Source: Lama guanicoe (taxonomy: Eukaryota). From it: a stretch of 64,000 nt of DNA. Position 1 is the first letter of the stretch. Each line of letters begins with the position of its first letter. The notes beneath the pieces were generated by a model. It was not told the origin of the DNA and made no database searches. It was given only the letters and a program-made list of their open reading frames with translations. The stretch lies in the NCBI GenBank assembly GCA_013239625.1, contig MU056905.1, positions 1,943,967-2,007,966 of the forward strand, written 5' to 3'. Below, piece after piece: positions 23,600-37,274 of this stretch. Made by a program: the position numbers and the translations under genes.

Positions 23600-24860
23600 A
23601 TACTGATTAGTTCAAAAAACAGTTCTTGCAAACATACTATGTGTCTGGGAAACATTGGCGAAACATTGAAGGTATTCTGATGAGTGAGACATGGTTCTTG
23701 CTCTCAAAGACTTGGGTGATGAGGAGTATGAAAACGTGTCATAATGCATATGACTCATGCAATGGTAAAAACACGTACACGGAATAGAAATGGTACAATA
23801 CAGAAGTGAGAGTGATGAAAAGTTATGCCTGGCTGGGTTTTAGAGGATAAACGGGAGTTTTTCAGGCAGACAAGGAAAGTCAAGACAGACAAGGACGTTT
23901 AGAGAAGGACACTCCAGGTAGAAGGAAAAATATGGATAAAGACACAGAAGAGTAAAATTGCATGAAGTAATTGATCATCTGAAGGATCATGAAGTTAGTG
24001 ACAAGAAATGAGGGTGAAGCATTAGAGCCAATCAAGAAGGGCCTTATATATGTTCAACAGAGTCCAGATGCTCGCTTGTGAGTCAGAAGTTCTTAGAAGG
24101 GATTTTGGGACCTACTGGCTTATTGTAACCTGCTAGGTACTGGGTCAGTGGGAGGGAAAGGAGTTGCCTTACTGCTAGTGGAATAAGAATTGAGCATGAA
24201 CCACAGTTTGTCTTGTACCTGAGTATCCTCTAAGAAATCTGGACTCCTTCTGGGAGATCTGTTCATGAGAGTATCATTTAAAAAATATTGTATGACTGAA
24301 ACAGCTATGAAAGATGAGGAAGAGACAGCAAAGGGATTTAATGGGGAAGTGACATGGTTAGATTGGTGTTTAGAGGGATCATTCAGATCAAATTGGAGGG
24401 GCCCATATTAGAGGTAGGAAGAATCATTAGAAGATTATTGCAAAGGTGCAGACAAAAGACAATCAAGGCTTGCACATCAGTTCAAGCCCTTAGAAGTGGT
24501 AGAGTGGCCAGAAATGAGGATCTGCATTCCACGTAGTTAGGAGTCAGATCATCAGGACTTGGTGATGGATTGGATGTGGGCTGGGGAGGCGGGTGAGGTG
24601 AAGGGAGGAGTGGAGGGTGGCTGCACATTCCTGGCTTGAGTAATAACAGGGAACATAGCAAGAGGGCTAGTGGGGAGAAATGCTAAGTTAAGCTTTTGAG
24701 GTGCTGCCACTATCCCATGTAATTTTGGGCCTAGGGGTATAAACTGAAGAGTCATCAAAGTTCAAAAGTTAGAGTAAACCATCAGATAACTCAGGAGGAA
24801 GGGGTAGAGGGAGAACTGCAGAGAACCCCCAGTAGGAAAGCCAGAAATATGCCGGAGAAA
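23600..24860. mobile_element. L2 LINE remnant
   Basis: tactatgtgtctggg..gacatggttcttgctctcaaaga and aggacttggtgatggattggatgtggg..ggagtggagg are L2-like; boundaries approximate. Confidence 0.6.
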
Positions 24861-26057
24861 CTTGCTCAAATGGAGAAAACTTAAAAGACTGTGAGACCAA
24901 ACATAATCTTTCAGGGATGATGTAGCCAAGATACTGAGGTCCCCCAGATCGAGTGATGACCTCCCAAAATCTTAGACTCCATTATTTCACCCTTGGGTAG
25001 GTTCAGTGTGGATTTGTTGTTTGGTGCTTATCCCAGTAATAATATTCAGGGGTAAAATCCACAAGTACAACTGGGTGATAAAAATTCTCCTATCCTGAGC
25101 CACCAAGGTCCCTTTTTCTACAGCAACTATAGTTTCTTGGGAATCCTTCCAAAAATATCTATGTACCTGCAAGTAAAAATGGACAGATAGATTTATTCTC
25201 TGTTCTCAGATGTCCTGTGTTCTTTAGCAGATAAGCCTTTTAGGATCTGGCTGTGAGGGTTCTGTCCATATGCTACATCCTATGACCCAGTTTAGCATCT
25301 GCCCTTACCTTAAGATATCTGCACACGTCTCCTCTCCCTGGGTCTGGATCCATGTGTCTTGCTGCTAGAGTCCCAGCTGGAAGGACAGAATCCTTCCCTC
25401 TGCCCACTGGCTGATGTTGACTTGGGGCTCCTCATGGGCCATTCTTCTTCCTTGAATGGTCACAATGTTGCAACCGTTAGTTCAGTGGCCAGTCTTCCTT
25501 CCATAAGTAGCCAGCTTCTTTTCATAACTGTGTGACCCTCACACAGTCACCTCTCTAACAGAGTCCTGAGATTCATCTAACTCGAGAGAATGGACTTCCC
25601 ACCTTCTCCCTTCCTCACACATCAACTCCCTCCTGTCCCGCATCCCAGGACTAAGACAACCATCTAGGGCCCCTGGGGAAACAGCAGAAGCCAGCAAGTC
25701 TTCCTGCAACCCTTGCTTCCCAGATTCTAGTTCAACTTAGCTCAGTTCTGCCATCCCTACTCCTTCCCTTGGGGGAAGGTCTTCACGAGCCTCAAGGGCT
25801 GTTCTCTAGCCCCTGGGATAGAGAATTCCAAAAGGTGATCTTAAACCAGAGCCCATGGTTTTGCATGAAATTTTAGGAACCATAACTTCCAGAACAGTCT
25901 TCACTGGCATGAGGATCTTCTGTTGGTCCCTTGGAGGAACTATGAGGAAGTCTTTTAGTTCCATGGCCCTGTTCAAGCAAAACACGTGTGGAAATATTAA
26001 CAAGAAATTTAGGGACATTGCTAAAAATTTATTTTGAAAAAAGACTTTTTTTTTCCT

Positions 26058-26248
26058 GTAGAATAGATAAACAAGATTGCACTGTGTAGCACAGGGAAAT
26101 ATACACGGGATCTTGTGGTGGCTCACAGCAAAAGAGAATGTGACCATGAATATATGTATGTTCATGTATAACTGAAAAACTGTGCTCTACACTGGAATTT
26201 GACACAACATTGTAAAATGACTATAACTCAATAAAAAATGTTTAAAAT
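26058..26248 (+). mobile_element. 5'-truncated L1 3' end with target-site duplication
   Basis: tagcacagggaaatat..gacacaacattgtaaaatgactataactcaataaaaaa; flanked by AAAAGACTTTTTT at 26039-26051 and 26249-26261. Confidence 0.85.
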
Positions 26249-26799
26249 AAAAGACTTTTTTCATTTTAGGTCAGTTTCTCTAGAGGTTGCAGTCTCATTG
26301 CCTGATGTTTTACAACAAAAGTTAAAGTACCACCCTATTACTGTCAGGAAAAGAAAAACACTGATGGTATTATATGTTACAATCATATGCAATAAAAACA
26401 AATCAACACAATGCCTCAACTGCAATATGAAGGAGACATAAACTGAAAAAAAAAACCTGGTAATAACATCCTGTGTATTTCACTTGGCGTATTCTCAAGT
26501 AGGGCCCTATTAGAAAACATAGGAAGCATCAGCTGTTTGAACCAACAGGTAGAATGTGTTCAACCAGCTGCAAATGTGGACTGGTGCAGGTAAGCTGTAT
26601 TGACAAACCTAAATACCATGAGCAACTTTGCAACTGATGACATAATTTTCCCAAAAGGTGAACACTCCCCAAGATTCGTAATGAAAGGAAACTACAGCCT
26701 TCTCTTGATTACCATAGCAGTAGCACCCCTCAAACACTCAGTGTATCTGCAAACTGAGGGAAGCCACTTTGCATGTGTATGTGATACGGTTTGGGTTCT

Positions 26800-26950
26800 G
26801 GGCTGAGCTATTATACATGGCGGGGCATGCAAAAGCCCAGGAGGTCCAGTAGCATCTGGATCATGCTTACTAAATGTCAGTAATAGCCCCCCATATCACG
26901 GTGACAAGCAAAACATGTCTCCACAGATTTCCAAAAGATCCCTAGAGAAG
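26800..26950. mobile_element. MER3/MER20-like hAT remnant
   Basis: gtgacaagcaaaacatgtctccacagatttccaaa resembles the MER3 consensus. Confidence 0.45.
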
Positions 26951-29449
26951 TATTGCTGCTTCAGGACATTTTTGTGGCTGGGCTATCAAGCTGCTTCCTA
27001 GAGCTAAAGTTGGCTGAAGGTTTGTGCCAGGTGAAAGGGAGAGTAAAGATGCCCATGAGACATTTGGGTGGTGCCTGCAATTTTTGGTTGTTCCTTGGAA
27101 GGATGGATACCCAAGCTACCCTGGGATGCTCTGTGTCACTGTGTTTGCCCCTCCCATATCTGCTGCAGGGAACATGACACTCCCTCCCAACCCATTATCA
27201 GAAAAATGGCACAGTCTTAGTCAACTTGTGACCTTCCCAGGTTCACCCAGGGTTACCCCAGTCTTCCTTGGTGCCCACGCCCAGTTTCCAACCTGTCAAT
27301 TGGCCCTGTTAATCCTTTCAAGACAGTATGGAGTGTCCTCTGCTGGCACAAAAGTTCGTTTACACAGTGATGGGACCTGTGCTGGTTATCGTAAAGCAGC
27401 AGCTCCCAAGGGCAGTGAGAGCGAAGAGTATGTAATTTGAGTGTTTCAGAAAGCTTCTTGGGAATGATAAAAAGAAAAAGGCCTTTTCTTGGTTCTGTTC
27501 TGTTGGTTGTAAAGACATAAGGAAGCAGCTGAATCCTTTTTGGCATAGAGATCTCTGGTAGTGGAAGAAATGTCTTCCCGCTGGGTGTTGCGTTAGGTCC
27601 TGGGCATTTGGAAAGTTCAGATGATCCCCTGAAAAGCTAGTGTGAGCTCAGGGGCAAGAACTGGGATAGAGGAGACTTGAAAGGAGATCAAAGGTGACTG
27701 AGGGTGTCCGTGGTGGTCACTTTCACCGAGGATGGACCACACCATTGTTGTGTAGAAGAAGATGAGGTCTGTTCTTGCTTGGAAGTGATGGGGTCACTCG
27801 GAAGAACGCTCACCCAGGTCCAGCTGTCTGGCGGTGGCAGGGGCTCCCTGTGAACTGATGAGTGAATCTTCATTGAGTAGACCGGCTTTTCCTGAGGCAG
27901 GGGTGCTTCAGAAGATTCAAACCCTGAATGGAACCACTTCCAACCCTGAGAACTCATTCCATCTTTCCCCATCATTTTCCCCAATCCTCCAAGTTCCTCT
28001 TCCTCTCTTTTCCTTCTCCAAGTTTCTTATTCCACTTCCAAAATATTTTGACTAGTTAAAAAAAGTGTGTAAGTGGGGTGTCAGCCTGAGCTGATCTGAT
28101 AGGTGATTTGGAGAACAATTTTGTTGGTTCAGTTAAGAAGACACTGGAATGCAGTCCTTGACCATGGGTTGTTCATGGCAGGGTGTGGGTGAGGTGAGGA
28201 CTGAGGTGAGGCCATTCCTGTCCCTCCTCTAAGTTACAAGTACTTAATTAACCCCAGTTATTTGGAAGATGAGGAGTGGGTGTGGCAGGGGTAGAGCAGG
28301 TCCCCAGCTAAGCTTTCTGGATCCAACAAGCTATATATCCTGGCTGTCCTCACTCATACTGTGTAAGCAATGGGGTAGTTCTTTGATTAGTCCCTTTGGT
28401 TGTCAGTCTTAAGTCCCTTGTGTTGCCAGCACAGCTGACTTCCTTTTGTCCTACACCTGGTGGAGCTGGAAGAACATCCTGGGCAAGTGGAGAACATAGT
28501 GTACTACTTCTATGCTCCCAAAGGAAGCAGGAGATGGTCCTGGAGTTGAAACCACCCCTTATCAACAGGTTAACATTTGAGTGCCTCCTCTCACACTGTG
28601 CTAACTGCTAAGATGTTTTGGGGATTAGAGAAACCCCTCTTGGCTTCAGGAAAGTGCCTTGTTTTTGGCTGCCTTCTCCTCCATAATCCTGTCTCTTGGC
28701 TTTATAATGCACAAACAAGGTTTCCGTGGTGAGGACATCTGGCTTTGAGGCAAGGTGGTGTGGCAGGAGCCTTATGCCACCTCACTGGCACTAGTGACCT
28801 GCCACATGCCACCACGGGGAGGTGTATACCTGGAAGACTGGGTGGAGAAATGTAGTCCATCCCTTGGCAGGACAATCACCAGCCTGTAAGTTGAGGGCCT
28901 GAGGGAGTGAGGGTTGGATTATCTTGCTCCTAGATTCAGCCTATTAGCCCCTTTCCTGGCCACCCCGAGGGGCGTGAATAGGAGGGGCAGTCAGTTCGAT
29001 GCCTTAACAGCCTAGGGGAAGCATTGCAATGACAGATTTAGCAGCCTGGAAAGGACGCTGTTTACCTATTTCCCATCATTGTGGGTAACTGCGCATTGGT
29101 GGTGCTGTGTGCTAAGCCCCTGCTGTTGGTTTACCTGAAGACTTTCTGGCTCTGAAATCCTGTGCTCTTAGGAGTAATGTGGCTTGGTGGCAGAGCTGCG
29201 GGGCTAGGTTCTTGACATTTCCCTTTAGTTATATGACCTTGACATGTTGCTGAACTGTTTTTTCATCTTAAAAAGGAAGGTATCAGTTAGTTGGGCTCTA
29301 ACATGTTCCTGAGCTGTTAGTAATACAGATGCTAGAACGGGCTGGAGAGCCTTTCAAGGGACAGAGCACTCTCATTAGAGCTCTGTGTTGGGAACAGGGA
29401 TCAGGCAGATGAGGGTGGGTGGGCAGAAGTGGGGCTCACAGAAGGAGGT

Positions 29450-29620
29450 AGAACCTGAAAACTCGGGTACAAGCCCTAGGTCAGCCACATTACTCACCTG
29501 GTGACCTTAGGCAGGTCTCTGCACTGTCTTAGGGGCTCAGTTTGCTCATGTGTGAAATGGCTGTATTAATACCTGCCCTATTTTTTTCAGAAGGAGATGG
29601 GCAAGATGAAATGACATCTT
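29450..29620 (+). mobile_element. MIR SINE remnant
   Basis: gtgaccttaggcagg..ggctcagtttgctcatgtgtgaaatgg..taatacctgccct. Confidence 0.7.
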
Positions 29621-32084
29621 CGAGGGTGCTCTAGAGCGTCACATGAAGGGAGCTTTTAGTCCCACTGTGGTTCTTCCTTGAGAAGGTGCTGGGGTGGGGG
29701 TGGGGGTGGGTGGGGCATGAGCAGAGGTGCAGCTGGGGACCTGGGAAAGGCTGCTTCCTTGGGGACAAGGTGGAGTCCCGACTCTCATTCTTCGCTGTGG
29801 CTTCATTCTTTGGGTCTTGAAGCATTCAAGAGTCCCTCTTTTAAAAGAAATATTCATGGAGTGGTGGGTAAGGCTTACAACCTAGAGCCATGATCACTAG
29901 TTCTGCAATGAGTGGCTGGTTAACACCCAAGCAGGGCTGAGCCGACTGCCAGCTGGGACCTGGGCTTGGTAAGGGACAGGAGCTCCAGGGAGAAGGGGGG
30001 CCTGGGAGGTGGGCTCGTGAGCATTCAGGTCAGGCTGTGTGGACAGGTGGCAAGATGCCACTGGAAAGGTGATGTTGTTTTAATTTTATTACCGGAAGGT
30101 TGGAATTTTTAGACATTTTCTGCCACTCCTATAGCCCATGGAAAAGTGGAAACATGTGTTTCCTGCTGGAAATTATGCTGAGTGTTACCTGTATTATTTC
30201 AATTATTTTATTTCAAAATTTCATTTCAATTATTTTATTTATATCAACTCTCTTAAGGAATTAGTGCTATTATGCCCACTTTATAGGTGAGGAAATGGTG
30301 GCCATCAAAGTGTAGGTAACTAGAAGGTCAAGAAGCTACCAGGTTGTGGGGCTGGGATTCAATCCAGGTGTGTGACACAAATCTGAGTCCTTAACCAGCA
30401 CACAGAGCCACCTTTGTTTATTACAGCCCCCTGCAAGGGTACTTTATCATTAGAGCTGTTCTTTCTCTAAACAGAGAATCCCTCAGAATCTTTTCCCTTG
30501 GGACACTGTGATCTCTTTTTATGCTGGGACAGAGGACAAGGAAACCTATGAGATGGGAAGAGGCCCCACCAGCCCAGTGTCTGGAAGCCTGTGTCTCTAC
30601 CACCCAGTTAGAGCAGGGCAGCTCAGCCTTGGTCCAGCCTCAGAGCTCCCTCCTCATGCCTTTTCCTGCCAGGAATCTCACAGAGGTGGATGAACAGCCC
30701 TGCCCTCACAGTCCTTTGAGAACCCCTGGTCTGCCTGGCACTGGGAGGCTGCTCCCCACAACGCCAGGCAGGGAGTCGCATGCTGCTGTATGATGCCAGC
30801 GAGGGAACCTCACAGAGGCACAGAGGGAGCACAGGGTTGGGGCAGTGGGCTAGGTCAGCAAATGCTTTTGAGTAAAGGGGATTCTGACATGAGAAGGAGG
30901 AAGGTGGCTGTTCTCAACCATCGGCCCCCAGTATCTGGAGAGATGCTGGGGAGCCTTGTGACAAACAAAACAACATGTGTGCTGGGCACAAGCCCTGTGC
31001 CATTACAGCAAACCCTCCCAGGTCTCTGTTTCTCCATCTGTAATAATTCTTGTCTCACTGAATTGTTGGCAGATTGAAATGAGACCAGGAATGGAAAAAC
31101 AAACATGCCACTGAGGACAGGGTGCTGTGCAAATGGAAATATTTAAGGTCCTATCAAGGAGGTCAAACCAGGTGACAAACGACTCCTGTCCCCTCCAGGG
31201 GTCCATAACTTCAGAAGCCACGTCTACTGCCCAAGTGGAAGGGGATCCCCAGGGACACTTGCTTGGGTAAACTGGACACCCCTTTCTGCTGCCCATGGGT
31301 GAGAGGACCTGTGCTTGGTTAGTGTCTACACAGAACAGGGTGACAGACAGTGTCAGTAGCGAGCCACTCTGATCCCCTTGCCTAGAAACCCTTCCACAAC
31401 ATCACGAAATTCTGACACTAGCATCTCGCTTATCAGAGAAGCATTATTTCTGCTCACTAGTGAATGGCATGGAGTCAAATCTAGAGAGAGAAGTACAGAC
31501 ACCATCCTGGCCCTCTGGGGACATCCAATGCATGGACAGTGAGCCAACTCCATGGATACAGAAATGGGTCCCCAGAGGACAGGCCCTGACCAGAGGGTGT
31601 GGCTGTGTGGGGCCCTCCCTGGAAGATGGGGGCGTGGGAAGCCCTCAGCATATGACACTCTAGTGTGTAGGGGCCCGTTGAGAGCCTGATACAGAGGGTT
31701 GGTGAGGAAGGTGGGGTTCATACAGACTGCCTCCCCCCCACTCATCCTCTGCCCCAAGGATGCAAGCCCAAACCAATTAGGGTGTTTAGACAAATACCAG
31801 AAACACCCAAGGTATTCCCACCCAAGGAAAGGGAGCCTGGAGATGTTACACCCCAGGGACTCCAATTCTCAGATGGACAGATTTTTACTAAAATTTTTAA
31901 GAAAAAGTTTTATGGCTAATGTGGAGCCTCAGAAGAAGAGGTGAAGTTCTCTGCCTGCTTCCAGATATGCTGCTGAGCTCTGACACCAAGAATAGAAGAA
32001 TGAAAAATAGAGGAAGAGTTAAAGGAGAAGCAACAGACCCGGGTTTTAGCTGCTACAGTCAGTGTTTGGAGGTGGTGAAATGCT

Positions 32085-32302
32085 TTCTTTCTTTCTTTCT
32101 TTTTAACCTATCAATAGTGTTTCTATTTTTGATGAAAGTATAGTTGCTGTACAATGTAACAAAAGTTACAGGTGTACAATAAAGTGCTTCACAATTTTTA
32201 AAAGTTATATTCCATTTAAAGTTAGTATAAAATACTGGCGCTATTCCCTGTGTTGCACAGTCTATCCCTGCAGCTTATCTTCTGCCTAATAGTTTGTACC
32301 CA
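32085..32302 (-). mobile_element. 5'-truncated L1 3' end with target-site duplication
   Basis: T-rich tail then aagtatagttg..tacaatg..ggtgtacaa..tattccctgtgttgcacagt; flanked by GGTGAAATGCT at 32074-32084 and 32303-32313. Confidence 0.8.
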
Positions 32303-34960
32303 GGTGAAATGCTATTTCAAAGAGACAACTATTCATCAATCAACTCTGTTTCTTTGAAACAGAGACATATCAACATCTTTGAAAAATGGACATATCAACT
32401 CCTGAGGAACTTACGGTTGGGGAATCAAGACATAATGAAATCGTGCCTTTCAGATCCCAGTTGCCCAGCCCTGCAGGCTTGTCTCAGTTCCCACCTGATG
32501 CCCAAATGCTCCTTGGTTCGCTGAAGCCATACGTGTCTGCCCTTCTCCCTTCTCTCTGCCTTCCCTCTGCCTGCCTTGCTGCCGCCATTCCTTCCCTTGT
32601 CCCTCAGCGAGGAAAGAAATGAAAGCAGGGTGTGGGCTCTGCTTTCTAAGTTCTCCCAGTTTGTTTCAGCAGAGTTGGGCTTTGCTTGTTCACGTCCGTT
32701 TGAAGCGCAAACTGTCTTCTGAACTGGAGAGGCCCTTAGGGATCTGGGGTCCAGCACCTTGATTGTACAGATGAGAAAACCAAGGCTTAGAAAAGCTGAG
32801 AGCTGCGGGCTCTGGAGTCAGCTGGTTGTGGCTTCTCTGACCCCCTCATCTGACGTTCCTCCCTCTCCTGTTGGTTTCATGACCCCTCAGTCTGTAAGTG
32901 AGGAGGGTGGGGCCTGGCAAGAGAGATAAGCCAAGGTCATGCAGTTTAGTTTCTGGCAGAAGGACTCGACCTTTACAACTAAATATGCTCTTCCCAGTTT
33001 ATCACACAGCTTCCCTTAAAAAAAGTACTGCTAAATAGAGACAAATCTACTGCTTTGAGTACCTGATGGGCTGGGAAGTGTGCCTAAGGCTCGTAAAAAT
33101 ATAATTCGTGTCATGGTGTCATGAATTTAATACATCTCAAGTGAGTGACTGTACTAGCTCTATGAAACATGTGCCGCTCAATTAGCAATGATTTCACTTG
33201 CATCTTTAGAAATTAAAAGGCTTTTAAAGAAGAGTTTGGAAGATCCATGGCTTTTGATGTGAAAAAAAAAAAAGCTGTCCAGAGAGTTTTGAACAGTTGT
33301 CTTCCTCTTCCTCCTCCTCTTCCTCTGTCTTCTTCTCCTTTTTTTCTTCTGGATAAAAACCCTGTAGAAAGGAGGCCATTTAGAATCAAGCCCTTTGGCT
33401 GTTCCTTCCAAAACGAGGCACCCCAGTGCCCACAGTTCTGAAGGCATCTTGCAGAACTTTGTTGCTAGACTGAGGAGCAGGAGTCTCCTGAATTTGGTCT
33501 TTTACAATTCCATTTTTTCTATGCTTTTCTCTCTTTCTTATTTTTTGGGGGGGGGTGGGGGAGAGTGCCTCCTCCCACCAATATTCCCATCCAAGCCAAC
33601 TCAGGAAGCCTTGAAAGAAATAAAAGTGGGGTTGGGGGCAGCCTTAAGTCATGGGAAAGAGTGAGGCGGAGGCTGAGGGTGGGGGGGAAGGTGCGGGCTG
33701 GAAGCATCTGATGGAACTCCCAGGGGGCGCTCGGCATAGGGCGCTGCTGAGGAAATGGCAGGTGCCCAGGGAGGGGCACTGCAGGTGAATCACAGCTGTC
33801 ACTGGTGGCAGAACAGTCTGGGATCAGTAGGAAGGCCCCCCAAGAATGAGGGGTGGGTAAGAAGGAGGCAGCATTAAATCTCGGGAAACCTGGGGAAACC
33901 TCTGAACTGCAGGGAGGAAGTGAGTGGTGTAATTACGATGACTCCATTTTTCTGAAATCTCAGCCAGGATGAGATGGAATCTCTGATGGCTGTCTTGTCC
34001 TTCCGTGTTATGGTGGCTACATAGGTAACGAGCAAGAGTAAGAATATTAGTGCTGGAGCTGGCGAGGGAGAACTTGATCTGGGAAGTAGCTTGGCTGGAA
34101 GGAGGGCTGGGCTGCAAACAGCAAGAACTATTCGTGAAAACCCCCTTTTGACTCTTCCTGTGTGAATGAAGGTGAGAATACATGGCACCACGTCCGAGTG
34201 ATGTCATTAATTGGATGGCACTTGAGCCCACAAGGTACACACCACAATGAGTTGTAGGGGGGATTGATCCCATGGAAAACACTGTTTGGGTCAGATCTGC
34301 TGGGATTAGAAAATTAGAACTACATGGGACATCCATGGCCACAGCAGTGGGAAAGGAAGTGACATTTTTCCCTGCAGAAGCCCAGGATGCAGCTCTGTGT
34401 AACACAGGAGGATGGAGAGGAGGCTCTCAGAGAGGTACACAGGAGGCGAAGGGAGTGTGGGCAGGGGGAAATTAATTCCCCCTGGGAGAATCTGGAGTTG
34501 CAGCCACACCAGCTTCCTGTCAGCTAAGCAGTTCACCCTCTCTACTTAATGCTGGGAGCTCGCTTTTCTGTTCCGGGGGCCAAGATCGGATGTGCCAAGG
34601 TTTTCAAAAGAACATCTCAGGGGACAAGCATTTAGGAGCCTGGGCTTGCTGGCAGCTTGTTGAAAGGAGAATTAGGGAGCAGGAGGAAGGATTTTATCCT
34701 ATCTGTTCCCCGTCTGTTCTCAGAAACAGTAAAGCTTAAAATCCTTCATAACAACAGGTCAGTGTCCTCGTGAGACATTAGGCATCTAGGATAAACGTAC
34801 CCATCTTATAGACGAAGAAATTGAGGAAGTTAGCCACAAAATCATAGCCAGAACCAGGAGTCTTTACTCCCATTTCATTTCCTTAAAGAATGTGAAACAT
34901 GAAATCTAGAAAAGCACATTGAGATTATGTAAAAGGTAAAATTAAAAAAAATACGGAAAT

Positions 34961-35071
34961 GGGGGAAGGGTATATTTCAGTGGTAGAGCATGTGTTTAGC
35001 ATGCATGAGGTCTTGGGTTCAGTCCCCAGTACCTCCATTGAAATAAATAAATAAAAACCTAATTACTCTCC
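34961..35071 (+). mobile_element. tRNA-Ala-derived SINE (camelid vic-1-like)
   Basis: ggggaagggtatatttcagtggtagagcatgtgtttagcatgcatgaggtcttgggttcagtccccagtacctcca plus (AAAT)n tail; TSD AAATACGGAAAT / AAATATGGAAAT. Confidence 0.85.
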
Positions 35072-36332
35072 AAATATGGAAATTAAATGTTATATAATAT
35101 CTGAGTTGCATTAATTCTACCCTCACATTTCAAGAGAAGAGGAGGATGCTTCCTCTTCAAATCTGACTTTTAAAATCTGGCCAGTGGGTCTAGAAAGGGA
35201 AGGTGCCCAGCGGTGAGGATGGGAGGGAGACCCGGTGTGAAAGCAGAATCATAGAGCAGTAAAACTTGCAGATCGTGTGCCCGGCACGAGCCTGGGGCAG
35301 GGTAGATGCTCAACAAATGTTTGTTCCTTTCCTCCAAGGAGGGACTAAAAGCTCCCCTGCCTCCCCAACAACTATCACTCAGCAAGCTGGCGTGGCCTCG
35401 GCACAGTCACGGTGGATTAATGGACAATTAGGACATTGTTCAGATACCTGCAGATAACATTTGACATTGGACGGAGGCTCACTCTAAAGCTTTTTGCTTT
35501 ATGAATTGTTTGCATGATTATGATCATATAAGCCGGATTGGGAAAAAAAAATCACATGCATTTGCTTCCTTCAGCATTCTCTTCTTGCAAATCAGATATC
35601 CTGAATAGCATCTCCGTGTTTTTCACCCGTATCCTCACCTCGACCATGTAGTTAAGACATGGGATTGAAGTCTTGGGGGAGGGGGTATAAGAACACAAAT
35701 AACACGTATTAAGTTTCTGCTATTAACTGGGAACTGTGCTTGGGACATATGTTTGTCTTGGTCTGGTTTTACAACAGCCATCTTCTTCTCATTCACAATT
35801 ATAGATGAGGAAACCAGGGCTCAAAGAGGATTATGAATTATCCAAGGTCATTTAACTAAAATATGATGAAACTGGGGCTTAACTGCAAAGCGTAGGTTTT
35901 TTATATTCTTTTATGCTAACTCTGTCCTAGGAGTTGAGAAGTCCTGGTTCTGTAACTCGTGGTGCCTGTGTGGAGGGTGTTGTCGTAGCTGTCAGAAGGG
36001 GGAATACCAGGCCCAGGGCGAAAGGAAGAGAAGGTATCTTTGCTTCACCCAAAACAATATTGAGACCTAACATTAGTATCGTGTGTCACGGTTTTCAAAA
36101 TACTTCCATGAACTTCCCATTTTATAGCTAAGGATACAGAGCCTCAGCATTTAACTCAAAGTCACAGAGCCAGTAAACGGCAAAACTGGGACTCAAACCC
36201 TGAACGTCCGACGTTAAGTTCAATTCTAGCATGCCACAGGGCCTCTCCCGTGTAGTTGGCCGCCTGGACCAAGGAAGGACCGTGGGTGAGTTTAGGTGTG
36301 GATGCTCTGTATCCTCGGTGACTTGATGGGTC

Positions 36333-36420
36333 TTATTATTATTTTTTAAATTGAGGTATAGTCAGTTACGATGTGTCGATTTCTGGTGTACAGCATAATG
36401 TCCCAGTCATGCATATATAG
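36333..36420 (-). mobile_element. Short L1 3' tail fragment
   Basis: ttttttaaattgaggtatagtcagttac..atttctggtgtacagcataatg. Confidence 0.7.
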
Positions 36421-36951
36421 TGTTCATCCACCTCTGGGTGTCACTGAGGAGCCCGACTTCCTAATCATTTAATGTGACCATCGGGCAATACATGATTACT
36501 GGCTGGCCAGAGCAATATGCCCTTGGATCTTGGAGTGGCAGAGCTGATGGTTTTAAAGACTTCTGGTTACAGGAAAGAAAATTCTCTGCTCTTTGACTGG
36601 CTACAGTGTATTCAGGTGTGGCGTGGGAAGGAAAGAGTCAAGATCGTTTGCAAACTGACAACTCTTTTGAAACGTCCTAGTTCAGCTTCTTTCTGGAAGA
36701 GGATGTGAATTTCCCCATATCACATTTGTGCTCTCCAAAATCACTTGTTGAAACTCTTCCTGGCTCAGATGGAAAAGCAAGGGGAACTTGAAGGCTGGTA
36801 TTGAGGGCCTCTGGCAGTCTCTAAACCCGTCATCTCTTTCATCAGCTGAACTGGGTGGCGAGACTCCCCAGGCCTGAGTGGTAGCTAGCCTCCCTTGGGT
36901 TGGTCCAGAGCAGGGAGCAGCATTCTGTAGAAGTTCCTTTTTCAGATTGAG

Positions 36952-37099
36952 NNNNNNNNNNNNNNNNNNNNNNNNNNNNNNNNNNNNNNNNNNNNNNNNN
37001 NNNNNNNNNNNNNNNNNNNNNNNNNNNNNNNNNNNNNNNNNNNNNNNNNNNNNNNNNNNNNNNNNNNNNNNNNNNNNNNNNNNNNNNNNNNNNNNNNNN
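36952..37099. other. Assembly gap in KRT2 proximal promoter
   Basis: run of Ns. Confidence 0.99.
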
Positions 37100-37175
37100 C
37101 AGCAGTAGCTTCCAGGCAGACCAAACCCATTAATAAGCGAGCTCACACCCATGCACACAACACCTAGTTGGCGGA

Positions 37176-37182
37176 TATAAAA
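37176..37182 (+). promoter_or_regulatory. KRT2 TATA box
   Basis: TATAAAA 99 nt upstream of ATG 37275. Confidence 0.85.
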
Positions 37183-37274
37183 GAGGACCATGTCAGTCTC
37201 CTGACAGCAGAATCGAGTCTCCAGCCTTAACGCTTCTCAGGAAACTTCACTTTTCCTCTCTGGGCAAAGGCATC

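Noticed and set aside
27688-27760. Minus-strand peptide SSVKVTTT resembling a keratin tail end
   Set aside because: Short, low-complexity match with no adjoining keratin exons.
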